Assembly: GCA_964016885.1 (NCBI GenBank)
Contig: OZ024740.1
Coordinates: 92,008,001-92,072,000, forward strand
DNA from: Eledone cirrhosa
Taxonomy: Eukaryota
Direction of reading: 5' to 3'
DNA length: 64,000 nt
The notes under the pieces were generated by a model. The model saw nothing but the letters and a program-made list of their open reading frames with translations, searched no databases and was not told where the DNA came from. The stretch's first letter is position 1. Each line of letters begins with the position of its first letter. The translations under genes and the position numbers were made by a program. Shown here piece by piece: positions 52,391 through 64,000 of this stretch.

Positions 52391-52461
52391 ATTAAAGTAA
52401 ATGAGTCTGTCACTACTCTAAAACAATAGCATAAGGTCTTCGAAATGCTTTTAATTAAGCA

Positions 52462-53230
52462 CATATTAGTGTTGCAGATGGGACAATTGGCTAGGATGCA
52501 TCCATGATCTTCGTTGCGGAGGTGGTTTGTGGAGAGGCATCTTCGCAGGGAAGGTCCAAATTGAGCTAGTTTGATATTGAGGCCCTCTCTTTTGATGGCT
52601 TTGTATATGGCATTGGTGGTTTCCACGCCGAGATGTGTGATCTAATTTAAATAGGCAGTACTATTCGACCGTTACATCTCCGTATTGAAGAGCATGTTAA
52701 CGTCAACTCTTACTTTCGCAAAAATATAATCAGATGTGGAGACCGAGACGACATTATCACCACAATCTTAGCTACCGAACGCAGTATAGGCGCGCTGAGA
52801 ATTAACGAAGCATTATTAATCAAGAAATTAAAACCTAGGATTAATAATCGAATGGGAACAAAAGTGCAACATAATGGCTAATTTAAACGCCTGTATTCCA
52901 ACATCTAAGCGGTCAGTTTCATGTTTTCTTTCAAATTAAATCGATGTCTTCACTAGGCAAACACACTTAGGCTCACACACATACATATATCGTACACATA
53001 TTTTTCCCGTGTTATTATATATATATATATATTCGCACACATTTTTCACTACATAAACTTACATTCATACCCACACATACAAACATCCCGCCATTCTCGC
53101 ACACACAGGCATATATCATACATTCCGCAACGCGAACTTTCGATATTTTAACTGCTTTAATCTTATTTAACTTAAATCTACTCTCCATACAAGCAACTCA
53201 ACTTGTATTTTCTTATTTTAATATAAAAGA
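52462..53230 (+). mobile_element. Truncated PLE of a different clade with a 5' inversion
   Basis: Plus strand ~52652-52860: IGSTIRPLHLRIEEH...LRINEALLIKKLKPRINNR (GIY-YIG). The upstream linker NAIYKAIKREGLNIKLA...CILANCPICNTNMC is on the minus strand at 52462-52626. Confidence 0.8.
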
Positions 53231-54485
53231 ATTCTAGTGCGAGGCAGTTGTCAAGAGTGTGTCGGAATTTAGGTGCATATATGTGTATGTGGCTCTTAAT
53301 AAGCTTTTATGTATGCGGGTTTTTCAGTCCTTACTATTGGTCATATGTGAGTGGGTATGTGGGAAAGAGAGAATTAATGTTGATATGTTGTATTTGATGG
53401 TCTTGCAATTCTGTAGGGCTAAAGTGATCAGGCGATGAGGGATTGCCTGTGTACGATTGATTATTTTTATTTATTTGTTTATTTATTTTTGTAATGGAGT
53501 GCCTTGTCAATTGTGTACTGCAATTGTATTGGTGTTGTGGTGCTGGCCTGTTGGTGAGTTAGCTGTTATATCTTAAGTGTTAGAAGGTTGGTGTCGAAAA
53601 GGCTGCTTATATGCAAGCAAATATAAATATATTTCTATGCTGTTGTGAGGTTGCATATGCGGCCCCCTTTGTACAGTTTCTTATGAATCTGATTGTTCTT
53701 CTGTGTGTCTATCTGATTACAGGATCCCTGTGTGATATTATGAAATGTGTTATTGGGTGTTAGGTGGATTCTTGCCCAGGTGAGTAATTGAATTTTCAGA
53801 CGACACGATGTTACGTAACGTGGGAGAGTTTCAATTGATAGTTTTGATGCCGATAGCTCATGGCTGGAATAATAATCATTGCTGCAAATATTGTGAAATA
53901 AGTCAACACACAGAAGCTTGAATAGTTAATTTAACATTCCAGTGAATCAGGTGGAGAATTGCGAGTATCTCTAGGTCGCATTCACCGGTGCTAGAAACGA
54001 GGATGCTGAATTATTTGCAAGAATTGCACTCACACACACTTGCGTAATTACAACATCACTCCCGGAAAATATATATAAAATATACATCAATGAAAATATT
54101 ATTCAGTTTATTCTAATATGATAAGCCCATATTTGATGATACACGAATAAACAAAGTTCTACAAACTTTAACATGCAGAAACCCACGTAGGAATTAACAA
54201 ATGATGAATTATCGCGGGTTGTTTCCTCCCGCTATTATCACATTCTGTGCATCGCCACATATAATAAATATATGCATGCATTTCGATTATAAGTTAATCA
54301 ACAGAATTCATCTGTTCCTATGGACAATATAATGAGATATTCGTATATTGACGTCTAACACACACAAATAAAACCTTCGATTTACCAACAGTACAGACAC
54401 ACATCCATATATATATTTAGAAATATATATATATATATATATACGATATTAAACAAATGGAAACTATATTTATAAAAACATATTT

Positions 54486-54549
54486 ATTTCATTATACATA
54501 TTTCAGGGATACCATATTAAAAATATGGCATGCCTTCGTCAGATAAAAT
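54486..54549 (-). ncRNA. Minimal hammerhead (23094 family) in a solo pLTR
   Basis: Minus strand: ATTTTAT CTGACGA AGG CATGCCATAT TTTTA ATATGGTATC CCT GAAA TATGTA TA ATGAAAT. Confidence 0.8.
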
Positions 54550-55341
54550 ACAATATATAAACAGTTTTATAAATAATGTTGACGTACCATAATATAAGCG
54601 ACCATTAAATTAGGAGGCTGCCTTGGTAGTGAAGTGTTTATAATTATTTAGTTATAGTGTTAAGCACAGTTAGAAAAAGACGGAGAAAAAAAAAATAAAA
54701 AGAAGCTGATGTAAAGAAAAACAGAGAGAGAGAGGGGAGAGATAAAGAAGGAGGAGGTGAAAAAAGCAACAGATAAATAATAATAATTCACCATACAAAT
54801 AGAGAGATTCAAGAGAGAGGGAATACTATATATAGAGAGAGTAACGTAATTATTTAGTTATAGTGTTAAGCACATTTAGAGAAAAGACAGAGAGAAAGAA
54901 AAAATGGAGATGAAGAGAAAACGGAGAGAGAGTGGGGGGGGGGGAGAGGGAAAATATAACTAGATAGGGGAAGTGAAAAAACAAGAGAGAAATAAGAGAG
55001 AAATATGAGAGGCAAAACCAAAGCGACAGATACATAATACTTCATCATATATAAAGAGAGAGGAGAAATAGCTATATATAGAGAGAGAAGGATACAGTTA
55101 CATCTTTACGTCATGTCATATCAATTTGAATTATCAATATCAGCTATTAAATATTTACTTGTTGTAACCCAACAATTTTAAATAAAACTTTTCCATATAT
55201 ATATATATGTAGGAGGTGAGTTTTATTGTAGTACATTAAAGCAATTCAGATATCGGATAAGAAGCACACTACAGTTTGTAGGACTGGAGTATACATAATA
55301 TATAATATATAAGATCAAAAGATGGTTAAATGAGTTCCATG

Positions 55342-55412
55342 TATTTTATTATGCGCATTTCAAAAACAAATATCATCATGCAATAACATTTGTGTTTTCA
55401 TCAGATAAAATA
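55342..55412 (-). ncRNA. Type I hammerhead, consensus core
   Basis: Minus strand: TATTTTAT CTGATGA AAACACAAATGTTA...TGATATTTGTTTTT GAAA TGCGCA TA ATAAAATA. Confidence 0.88.
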
Positions 55413-56298
55413 AGAGGACATGATATTAAGGTTAAAAACACTTGTGGATAGTGCAGTTTTAAATCAACATATGAAAAGTAGTTTTAGATTGATGTGTGAT
55501 ATTGGGGTAGAAATGTTTTTTTGAGGGGGTGGTGGAAAGGATGAAAAAGAGGAGGAGATGAGAGTAAAAAGTGGAGGGGGAGGAGTATAATGAGGAAGGA
55601 TGAGATAGGAGGAGAGGTGGCTGATAGAGAGAGAGATAGCTTTTATAACTGAGAAAAATATATTGTTTTACATAGAGAGGCTGAAAAACCGTTGGAAGAT
55701 GATGTATAAATTAAAAGAATTTGAAAATTGACGAAGAGAAAAATAATCTAAAGTTAAGGTTTGTATATTGAAGGGTTTAATAATATGTGCGATGAAAAAA
55801 AATTGTTAATATGTATTAAGAATAATATTTAAGGGTTTAATAATATGTGCGATGGAAAGAAAATGTTGATATGTATTATTAAAAAAAACACAGAAGTAAT
55901 GTAAGTAAGGATATATTGTGAGATGAGCATGAATAAGTTAGATGAAAGTGAGAAAAAATAATGAATAGAGGATGAATAATCTAACGTCAAAAAAAATGTT
56001 TATTTTTACGAAGGATTTTGTCAAGGTGATATAAAGTAAGAATATAGTGTATGTGTCATAACTGTTTCTACGTTAGGCACAGTGAGAAAAGATACAGATT
56101 AGGGGTTAGAAATTAAAAGAAAAAGCAAAAGAAAAGAAAAGGAAATGGAAGAAAGAGAAGTGATGAATAGGAATGATATAGAATATGATAAATAACTTTG
56201 AAATAAGGTAGAAATATGGGTATATTTTTAAAGAAGTATATATATATATATATATGTGCCTTTGAGAAAAGGATTCTGAATTGATAAAGTTTAGGATG

Positions 56299-57980
56299 TT
56301 AGCTGTATACTTTATGGAAAGGTCTGTGGAATTTATGCAAGCAGATAGAAAACAAGTCAGTGCGTCTATTTATTATAGAATCTAAATTAGTAAGAATGGT
56401 AAATGTTTCATTCAGACAGAGATTGCAAGTCTTGGATAGAGAACTGTTCAAGTATGAAAAAGCAGAGGAAACCTTCTTCCAAGAGATGTTATATTTAATA
56501 TGTTTATCTTTCAAAGACCATATGAGTTCTGAGAGAGCCGTGTTGGTTCTTTTAAGTTCATATTTAAAAGACGAATGATGATTATAAAGACTAGCTTCAA
56601 AGGAGGTGGAAGTGGAGCCAAAATAGGTGAAGGAATTGGTGTCAGTTATAACTTTACATTCGTAAATTAAGTTTTTATCAAGACAATTGTTGTTGAGAGG
56701 ACATTTATTTTTAGCAGGGTAATTGCAATTGCAATTAGAGAGATTATTAATGAGTGACCTAGTGTTATCTATAGAAGGAATTGGATTGGAGAAGTTATTT
56801 GCGATAGGAATAATAGTTTCTTGATTTAGAATGGGATTAAGAACATTTAGCGAAGTTGTGTTTGACGTTGTATTTGGGTTTGCAGAAATTAGCCTAGGGT
56901 TTACAATGACGTCGGGAGTACTATTACTATTATTATGATATTCAGTGTTGGAAGGAAGAGATTTAGTATTTAGTATTTTATTGTTGCGTTTAGAGATAAT
57001 GTTGGAAATGTTGGAGGACGTCGAATAGGAACCTTTTATAGTGTGTTTGTTAAATATTTTACTATAGATATGTGAGGGAAGGTAGCATTTATTTAAGGCA
57101 CTAAAGAATAATTTAGGAATAATATTATTAATAGAGATGGAGAAAGGAGCATTACACCGGATTATATTTTTCTTTCTAGGTCTTTTATTAAAGTTATTGG
57201 AATGATCATGATTAATTATTCTACTGTAAGATTTTCTAGAATGTGTTTCTTTATTATATTTGATTTTATCAGGATAGCCGACTTTAGAAAGCTCGTTATT
57301 ATAGTAATTGGCGTTAGCATCGAAGATGTTTTTATTAGAAGATAGGTTAGATATTCTTTTTCCAATATTACTAACTATAGCATTCTTAATATTAGTAGGG
57401 TGGTTAGATTTAAAATTAACATAATTTAGGTTCTCATTGTTTTTATGGTAAGGGTAATATAGGCCAGTGTCAAGATTAAGAGATACATCCAAGAAATTAG
57501 CTAGTTTGATGCTGTTATCAAATTCAATTTTTAGGTTATGTTGGTTAAAGAGATTACGTATATTGTTCTTAATAATATTAAGGTTAACTATGTTGCAATT
57601 TAAGATAGTAAAGAGTCCATCGTCACGATAAATTCCACCGCGAAGTTGAGGAATTTTCCGACTCAAAGAGTTCAAAATAAAGATACCAATTATACCTGTC
57701 AATTGGGATGAATCGGATGCTTCCATTGTGATGTCGAAGTTGTTAGAGGTATCAGCTCTGGTCCAATATTCATTGTTGAACTCAATGATGGTTTTACGTG
57801 CGGTGAGAATGATGTGAAATTCATCTGTGGTGATGTCAGAATATTTAAATGCGAAAGATAGAGCATCGTTGAGAAGTGAAGGCGAAATAGAAGAATAGTA
57901 GCTGGCAATATCAAATTGAAAAAATGTTGGCTAGTTTTTATTATTCAATTTGTTGAACCAGTCAATCACTTCAGAAGTAC
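56299..57980 (-). pseudogene. PLE RT-GIY-YIG (tentatively Naiad-like), 5'-truncated
   Basis: QFDIASYYSSI, FDITMEASDSSQL, GIYRDDGL, ANFLDV, SNHPTN, Asn-rich linker, CNCNYPAKNKCPLNNNCL, YFGSTST, CNLCLNE, CLH. Confidence 0.9.
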
Positions 57981-59704
57981 CCTCCCTCACATATCTATAT
58001 TAAAATATTTAACAAACACACTATAACATTTTCATATTCGACATCATCCAACATTCCCAACATTATCTCTAAACACAACAATAAAATACTAAATACTAAA
58101 TATCTTCCTTCCAACACTGAATATCATAATAATAGTAATAGTACTCCCGACGTCATTGTAAACCCTAGGCTAATTTCTGCAAACCCAAATACAACGTCAA
58201 ACACAACTTCGCTAAATGTTCTTAATCCCATTCTAAATCAAGAAACTATTATTCCTATCGCAAATAACTTCTCCAATCCAATTCCTTCTATAGATAACAC
58301 TAGGTCACTCGTTAATAATCACTCTAATTGCAATTGCAATTGCCCTGCTAAAAATAAATGTCCTCTCAACAACCATTGTCTTGATAAAAACTTAATTTTC
58401 GAATATAAAGTTATAACTGACACCAATTCCTTCACCTATTTTGGCTCCACTTCCACCTCCTTTAAAGCTCGTTTTTATAATCATCATTCGTCTTTTAAAT
58501 ATAAACTTAAAAGAACCAACACGGCTATCTCAGAACTCATATGGTCGTTGACAGACAAAAATATTAAATCTTGGAAGAAGGTTTCCTCTGCTTTTTTTCA
58601 TACTTGAACAGTTCTCTATCCAAGACTTGCAATCTTTGTCTGAATGAAACATTTACCATTCTTTCTAATTTAGATTCTATAATAAATAGACGCATGACTT
58701 GTTTTCTATCTGCTTGCATAAATTCCACAGAACTTTCCATAAAGTATACAGCTAATATCCTAAACTTTATCAATTCAGAATCCTTTTCTCAAAGGCACAT
58801 ATATATATATATACTTCTTTAAAAATATACCCATCTTTCTACCTTATTTCAAAGTTATTTATCATATTCTATATCATTCCTATTTATCACTTCTCTTTCT
58901 TCCTTTTCCTTTTCTTTTCTTTTGCTTTTTCTTTTAATTTCTAACCCCTAATCTGTACCTTTTCTCACTGTGCCTAACATAGAAACAATTATTACACATA
59001 CACTATATTCTTACTTTATATCACCTTCAAAAAATCCTTCGTAAACATAAACATTTTTGTTGACGTTAGATTAAGCATCCTCTATTCATTATTTGTTTCT
59101 AACTTTCATCTAACTTATTCATGCTCATCTCACAATATATCCTTACTTACATTACTTCTGTGTTTTTTTTAATAATACATATCAACATTTTCTTTCCATC
59201 GCACATATTATTAAACCCTTAACATTATTCTTAATACATATTAACATATTCTTTCCATCGCACATATTATTAAACCCTTAAATATTATTCTTAATACATA
59301 TTAACAATTTCTTTTCATCGCACATATTATTAAACCCTTCAATATACAAATCTTAACTTTACATTATTTTTCTCTTCCTTAATTTTCAAATTCTTTTAAT
59401 TTATACATTATCTTAATTTATACAACCTATCTATGTAAAACAATATATTTTTCTCAGTTATAAAAGCTATCTCTCTCTCTCTCTATCAGCCATCTGTCCT
59501 CCTATCTCATCCTTCCTCATTGTACTCCTCCCCCTCCACGTTTTACTCTCATCTCCTCCTCTTTTGTCATCCTTTCCACCCCCCCCCCCCCTCCCTAAAC
59601 AAATGTTTTCCCCAATATCACACATCAATCTAAAACTACTTTTCATATGTTGATTTAAAACTGCACTATCCACAAGTGTTTTTAACCTTCATATCATGTC
59701 CTCC

Positions 59705-59775
59705 TATTTTATCTGATGAAAACACAAATGTTACTGCATGATGATATTTGTTTTTGAAATGCGCATAATAAAATA
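59705..59775 (+). ncRNA. Type I hammerhead, consensus core (inverted copy)
   Basis: TATTTTAT CTGATGA AAACACAAATGTTA...TGATATTTGTTTTT GAAA TGCGCA TA ATAAAATA. Confidence 0.88.
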
Positions 59776-60022
59776 CAGGGAACTCATTTAACCGTCTTTT
59801 GATCTTATATATTACATATATATATATATATATATATATACAATACATAAACAGAGAAAGCCTTAAGCAATACAAGGACCAACTCCATCTCACTCAACAA
59901 ACATTAGGATATGCCTTAGTATTATCCCAATTTAGTGTCTGGGGTGCTAACTAATCAATATTTCGTGGATAGCTGGTTTTATTATTTTATAAGAGACTTT
60001 ATTAAATACGTATCTCTTTCCT

Positions 60023-60144
60023 TCCAGACGGCCGTTTCGTTATAATATGTCTACCATTTGGGATAAATAATTTCCAATTTATGTAGAAACTTGTATATAA
60101 TCTATAGTTATACACAAGCGGGCTCTTATAAACTCATCAGTGGA
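60023..60144 (-). ncRNA. Hammerhead with consensus core and ~95-nt branched stem II
   Basis: Minus strand: TCCA CTGATGA GTT...AAC GAAA CGGCCG TC TGGA. A related copy at about 41310-41585 is cut by (TA)n. Confidence 0.82.
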
Positions 60145-60436
60145 TGCCCAAATAATATCGATATGAGAATTGTATCGACATTAATAGAATGGTGATGGTC
60201 TCCCTCAGCGCTAAGTAAAGACTGGTAGATTAGAAAATCCAGCAATGCCCCCAAGGTAAAAATACACCTCTGTCTCTAAAAGGGTAAAGGTAGGTCATCT
60301 TAAAATATAACAATATACACGCTGGTCATTTAAACCTTTTAGGTATTAACCACGTGTTTAAGAACTCAATTGGATATTAAAAGAATAACGATATGTATAC
60401 ACAACCAATGCACACACAGAGATATTAAAACATAAT

Positions 60437-60615
60437 TGTTTCTACTTTAGGCACAAGGCCAGTAATAACCCAGTGCATAACTTTATGTTATCGACCCCGT
60501 AAGAATGAAAGGCAAAGTCAACATCGGCGGGATTTGAACTCAAATCGTAAAGGGACGTAACTATGTTCGAAAGCATGGCGTCCGAACCTCTACCGATAGT
60601 GCCAATCCACCGCCT
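60437..60615 (-). mobile_element. Full-length tRNA-derived SINE with 16-bp target site duplication
   Basis: gatattaaaacataat at 60421-60436 and 60616-60631 flanks the SINE. Confidence 0.92.
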
Positions 60616-60653
60616 GATATTAAAACATAATAAATTCATGTATGGATCATACC

Positions 60654-60700
60654 ATACCGAGAACAATTGTTTCATCTTATGCGGATCTTCAGCTGGTTAT
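60654..60700 (-). ncRNA. Minimal hammerhead, weak stem II
   Basis: Minus strand: ATAACCAG CTGAAGA TCCGCATAAGAT GAAA CAATTG TT CTCGGTAT. Confidence 0.6.
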
Positions 60701-62359
60701 ACGGAACAGGAAGAACAATCGTATGAACGCGCATGCGCAGAAACTGTAACGTCACCCATGCGATACTAAACTACGGGCGAAAGGTGTAAGGGAGATAACT
60801 GCGAATTTCCGGAATGCAATGTTCGAGTTGATTAGAACATTAAAATGTTGTTGTTATTCAATCCGGATCTTTGTAGTTATGCAAGAGCTTTTTTCAAGAC
60901 ACGTGAACAACGTGAGAAGATTTCATTTCTTGATTTTAGGCAATTGCTATTGCGTAATCTCCTTATAATATTTATCCTTTCTTCACTACTCATTCCACAA
61001 GACGGATTGCCCTTTGCGTATGGATTTGATTTAGTGATAACTTTCCATTGGATGGAGTATTCTATACCTGAGTCTTTGAGGGACTATACGTGACTCGTGG
61101 GCTTCGTGGGTGATTGTTTGTCCGGGTACCTAAAGGTCGACTGATGGTTCAGGAAGGGTTCCTTAAATCGGCCATCCACAATACCCACAATAGGATTTGA
61201 CCTCCTGTGTTTGATTTGGTCTGTTGGAAGTGACCACAGCTTCATAAACTACAGCGGACGTGTTGAATTACTGTTAAAAGTGACAAGCTTCAGGCATTCG
61301 GAAAGAGCATCCTGGTAGTGTGCCGCTCTTAGGATTGTTAGTGATGTAGGCCATCATATTCCAAGCGCAGGCAGGAGTACCCTAGTTTTACTCTGTATCT
61401 GTTAAAGATATAGTGGTATTTGTGTCTTATTGGAAAGTGTATATCGAAGAGGTCTACAACATTGTTTCCTACATTAGTTTTAACGTTGAGTGAAAAGGGA
61501 AGAGAGAAGCAGATACTGTACTTTGTCTATTGGTAGGATTTATTTCCCTATTGCTGTTGTTGTTAATGGGGGAGTAAATAATTGGTTGCAAGAAACCGCT
61601 GTTAGCTAACGCCGTGGTATATTAGGCTGCCGCTCTGTCAAAGATAGTCTTATTAAAGAAGAGGTTAGAGATTATTGTATAAATATTAAATACGAAGTTG
61701 CTAAGAACAGTAGGGGGGTGGTATGAGGACTTTTGTATGTTATTAAGTTTTTCGTTTAGCTTATGCAAGGGTCTGAAGGTATGTGTGCGAAGGCCGAAAT
61801 TAATGTCTAAGTCCTAACTCATTAAAAGTAGAAGTTAAATCTTTTTTAAACTGGTCCAAGTCGTGACCACATTTATGGCTGGATAAGGAATAAAACCATA
61901 TGATTTTTTTTTAAAGGAGCTTTAAATGGATATCAGTTACAACTTTTTGTTAGATTATTGAAAATAATATAATATATAGGGCAAAATTATATTTAATTAC
62001 TTAAAACAGTTATAGGGATGATACATAGGATGTGATCCATGGATTGATTCTAATAGCAGAAAAAAAGATATATATATATAGAGAGAGAGAGATACATACG
62101 CATACATATACACATATATATATATACAAATACGTACATACACATACATACACATATATATACAAGCACACACACATACACATACTATATACACACACAC
62201 ACATATACATTTACACACACACATGTATATATGTAGGCACACAATTATGCATACACATACATATATACACGCACACATACATATTCACACATACATATAC
62301 TCACACATGTTTTCTCCTATATCATTTTCTATATTTGTTTAGTTGTATTCATAATATTT

Positions 62360-64000
62360 GAATGTCCTTCTAATGTTATGGTTATATACTATAATTAATT
62401 ATTTTCTTTTATTTAATAGAGTGTCCTTCGATTTAGTAATTTCAAAAATGTCTTGGGAACATGGTCCACACTCCCTTCTATTGCCCTGATAAGAAATCGC
62501 TCTCTTAAGAATCTTCCAAGTTAGGTTATATTTAATTTTCCTCTTTTTACAATTATTAACTGCTTCTGCTAAAGAAGTGGTATTAGCTAATTTTGTGTTT
62601 CGAAAACTGTGGGTGTGTGCATAAAATCTCGATTAAACGGATTAGAACTACATCCATTATAGGATTGATTAGAGTCCTTAGTGGTGGTTACACATTTATA
62701 TACTATATTATTAATTAAGCAATTTCCATTTAAAGGGCAATTATCTTTATTCTACAATTACAACCGTTTGCATATACGGTTTCAGATGTGCTATCCATAT
62801 TCCCAACAATAGTGCTAGTATTTGTGTTTACCTTTTTATTTAGGAGAGACGAGTTTACGGTTGGGTGGTCACGGGTCGAAGGGTTGTTAGTTGATGAAAT
62901 TATACTGCATATAGCGTTTATAGAATCATGGTTGTTTTGGAAGCTATTGGTTAGATTGGGTATGTAATTCTTAGTCCCTATTAAGGATGAGGAAGATTGT
63001 AGTTGGTTGTAGGCTGCTGTATTGTGCTGGTGAGGTGAGTGAATGGAGGTAGCAGGTGGGTATGTAGGAATATTCTGGTTATGCGTTGTAGTATTACCAT
63101 AGTTATCTTGTGTGTGGTTTACTATTGTGTGTGGTATACATGGAGCTTTTTTACATTTATAGATGTTATATGCACTTATTTTTTTGTTGTATATTGCTCG
63201 ATGTGGAGTAAGAAAATGTTACTGTATTTCTGTTTAAGATTTGATGGTATTTGGGGTTAGGTGGGAAATGCTTATCGAGAATTGAAAAAAAAGTTTTAGG
63301 GATTTGGCCAATAGTTTGCAATTTGAATGGAGCGTTATACCATGTTACATTTCTTTTATGGTCTCTAAAAGATTTCCTCTTATTATATTGGGTATGTATA
63401 GAAGTTTGAGGGTAGATATTGTTATCAGATGAACTTATAATATTGTGATTGTTATTATGGGTGTGAACTAATTGTTTAGTAGATTTTTGAATTGTATTAG
63501 TTTTTGATGTATTGCTTTTTGTTTGATTTATAGAGGATATTGTGAGTTTTATTAATGGAGCATTACTGATAGGACCAAGAATGTTGGTATCATTCTTGTT
63601 ATCTACGGTAGTTCGGATATATTTCTCTGGTTTTGGGGATTGTAAGGATGTAGTTTGGTTAGGTTGAATGTTCAATGAAATATGTAATATATCATTAGGT
63701 TTATTGCGAGAATTAAGATATAAGATGTTATTTTTAACTGCTTTTTTAAGAGTAGTAGAATTAGGTGTTTTCGTATGGCCAGTAGTAATTTTATTAGGTA
63801 AGTTATAGAAATATTCGGAATCGTTATGATTCATGATTTTTAGAGAATTTGTGTCATTCGTGTTAATGTGGATATTGGGGGTAATGGTAGGATCTAGGTT
63901 TTTCGGTGTTTCATTGCTGGCACTAACTGTTTGGTATTTTCTACGGTGTTTGTTGCTTATGCTCTGCTGTATATTATGGGTATTCATGGTGTTAGTTATG
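62360..64000 (-). mobile_element. PLE 3' half: long Asn/Thr-rich linker plus decayed GIY-YIG
   Basis: ORF 63166..63987 ends KRNVTWYNAPF...DKHFPPNPKYHQILNRNTVTFSYS; CNCR..CPLNGNCLINNIVYKC near 62690-62765. Confidence 0.87.

Larger units (their letters stand above)
51552..52461. repeat. 326-bp tandem unit (two plus-strand copies) plus one inverted partial copy, each with a hammerhead; retrozyme-like
   Basis: Units at about 51821-52140 and 52141-52461 (cores at 52001 and 52327); inverted copy at 51552-51813. Confidence 0.88.
55300..59815 (-). mobile_element. 5'-truncated PLE with a ~1.8-kb inverted duplication of its 3' half
   Basis: 55300-57078 is repeated inverted at 57983-59815; RT and EN on the minus strand; a hammerhead at each outer end. 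Confidence 0.92.

Overview
AT-rich eukaryotic DNA packed with (TA)n, (CA)n and (GA)n microsatellites. It is probably a cephalopod such as Octopus, an inference from the SINE and MITE families I recall. I can support no host gene. The window is a nest of transposons: a decayed Helitron with an intact 3' end, an internally deleted Tc1, RTE-type LINE fragments, a tRNA-derived SINE family, MITEs, and at least nine Penelope-like element (PLE) copies or fragments. One PLE has an uninterrupted 756-codon RT + GIY-YIG frame. An ~8 kb block (3.7-12.1 kb) is duplicated at 30.3-36.6 kb. Reading by eye reveals about 28 type I hammerhead ribozyme (HHR) motifs on both strands, intact to degenerate, from several unrelated families. 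Highlights: (1) a 326-nt tandem, retrozyme-like unit whose HHR has a compensatory U3-A8 core (UUGAUAA); (2) a two-ORF PLE whose ORF1 and RT-EN frames are joined by an in-frame U_UUU_UUA slippery heptamer plus hairpin, a candidate programmed -1 frameshift; (3) recurrent U4C cores, unpaired 10.1/11.1 positions and large stem II insertions in the HHRs. All folds were done by hand and nothing was computed or searched.
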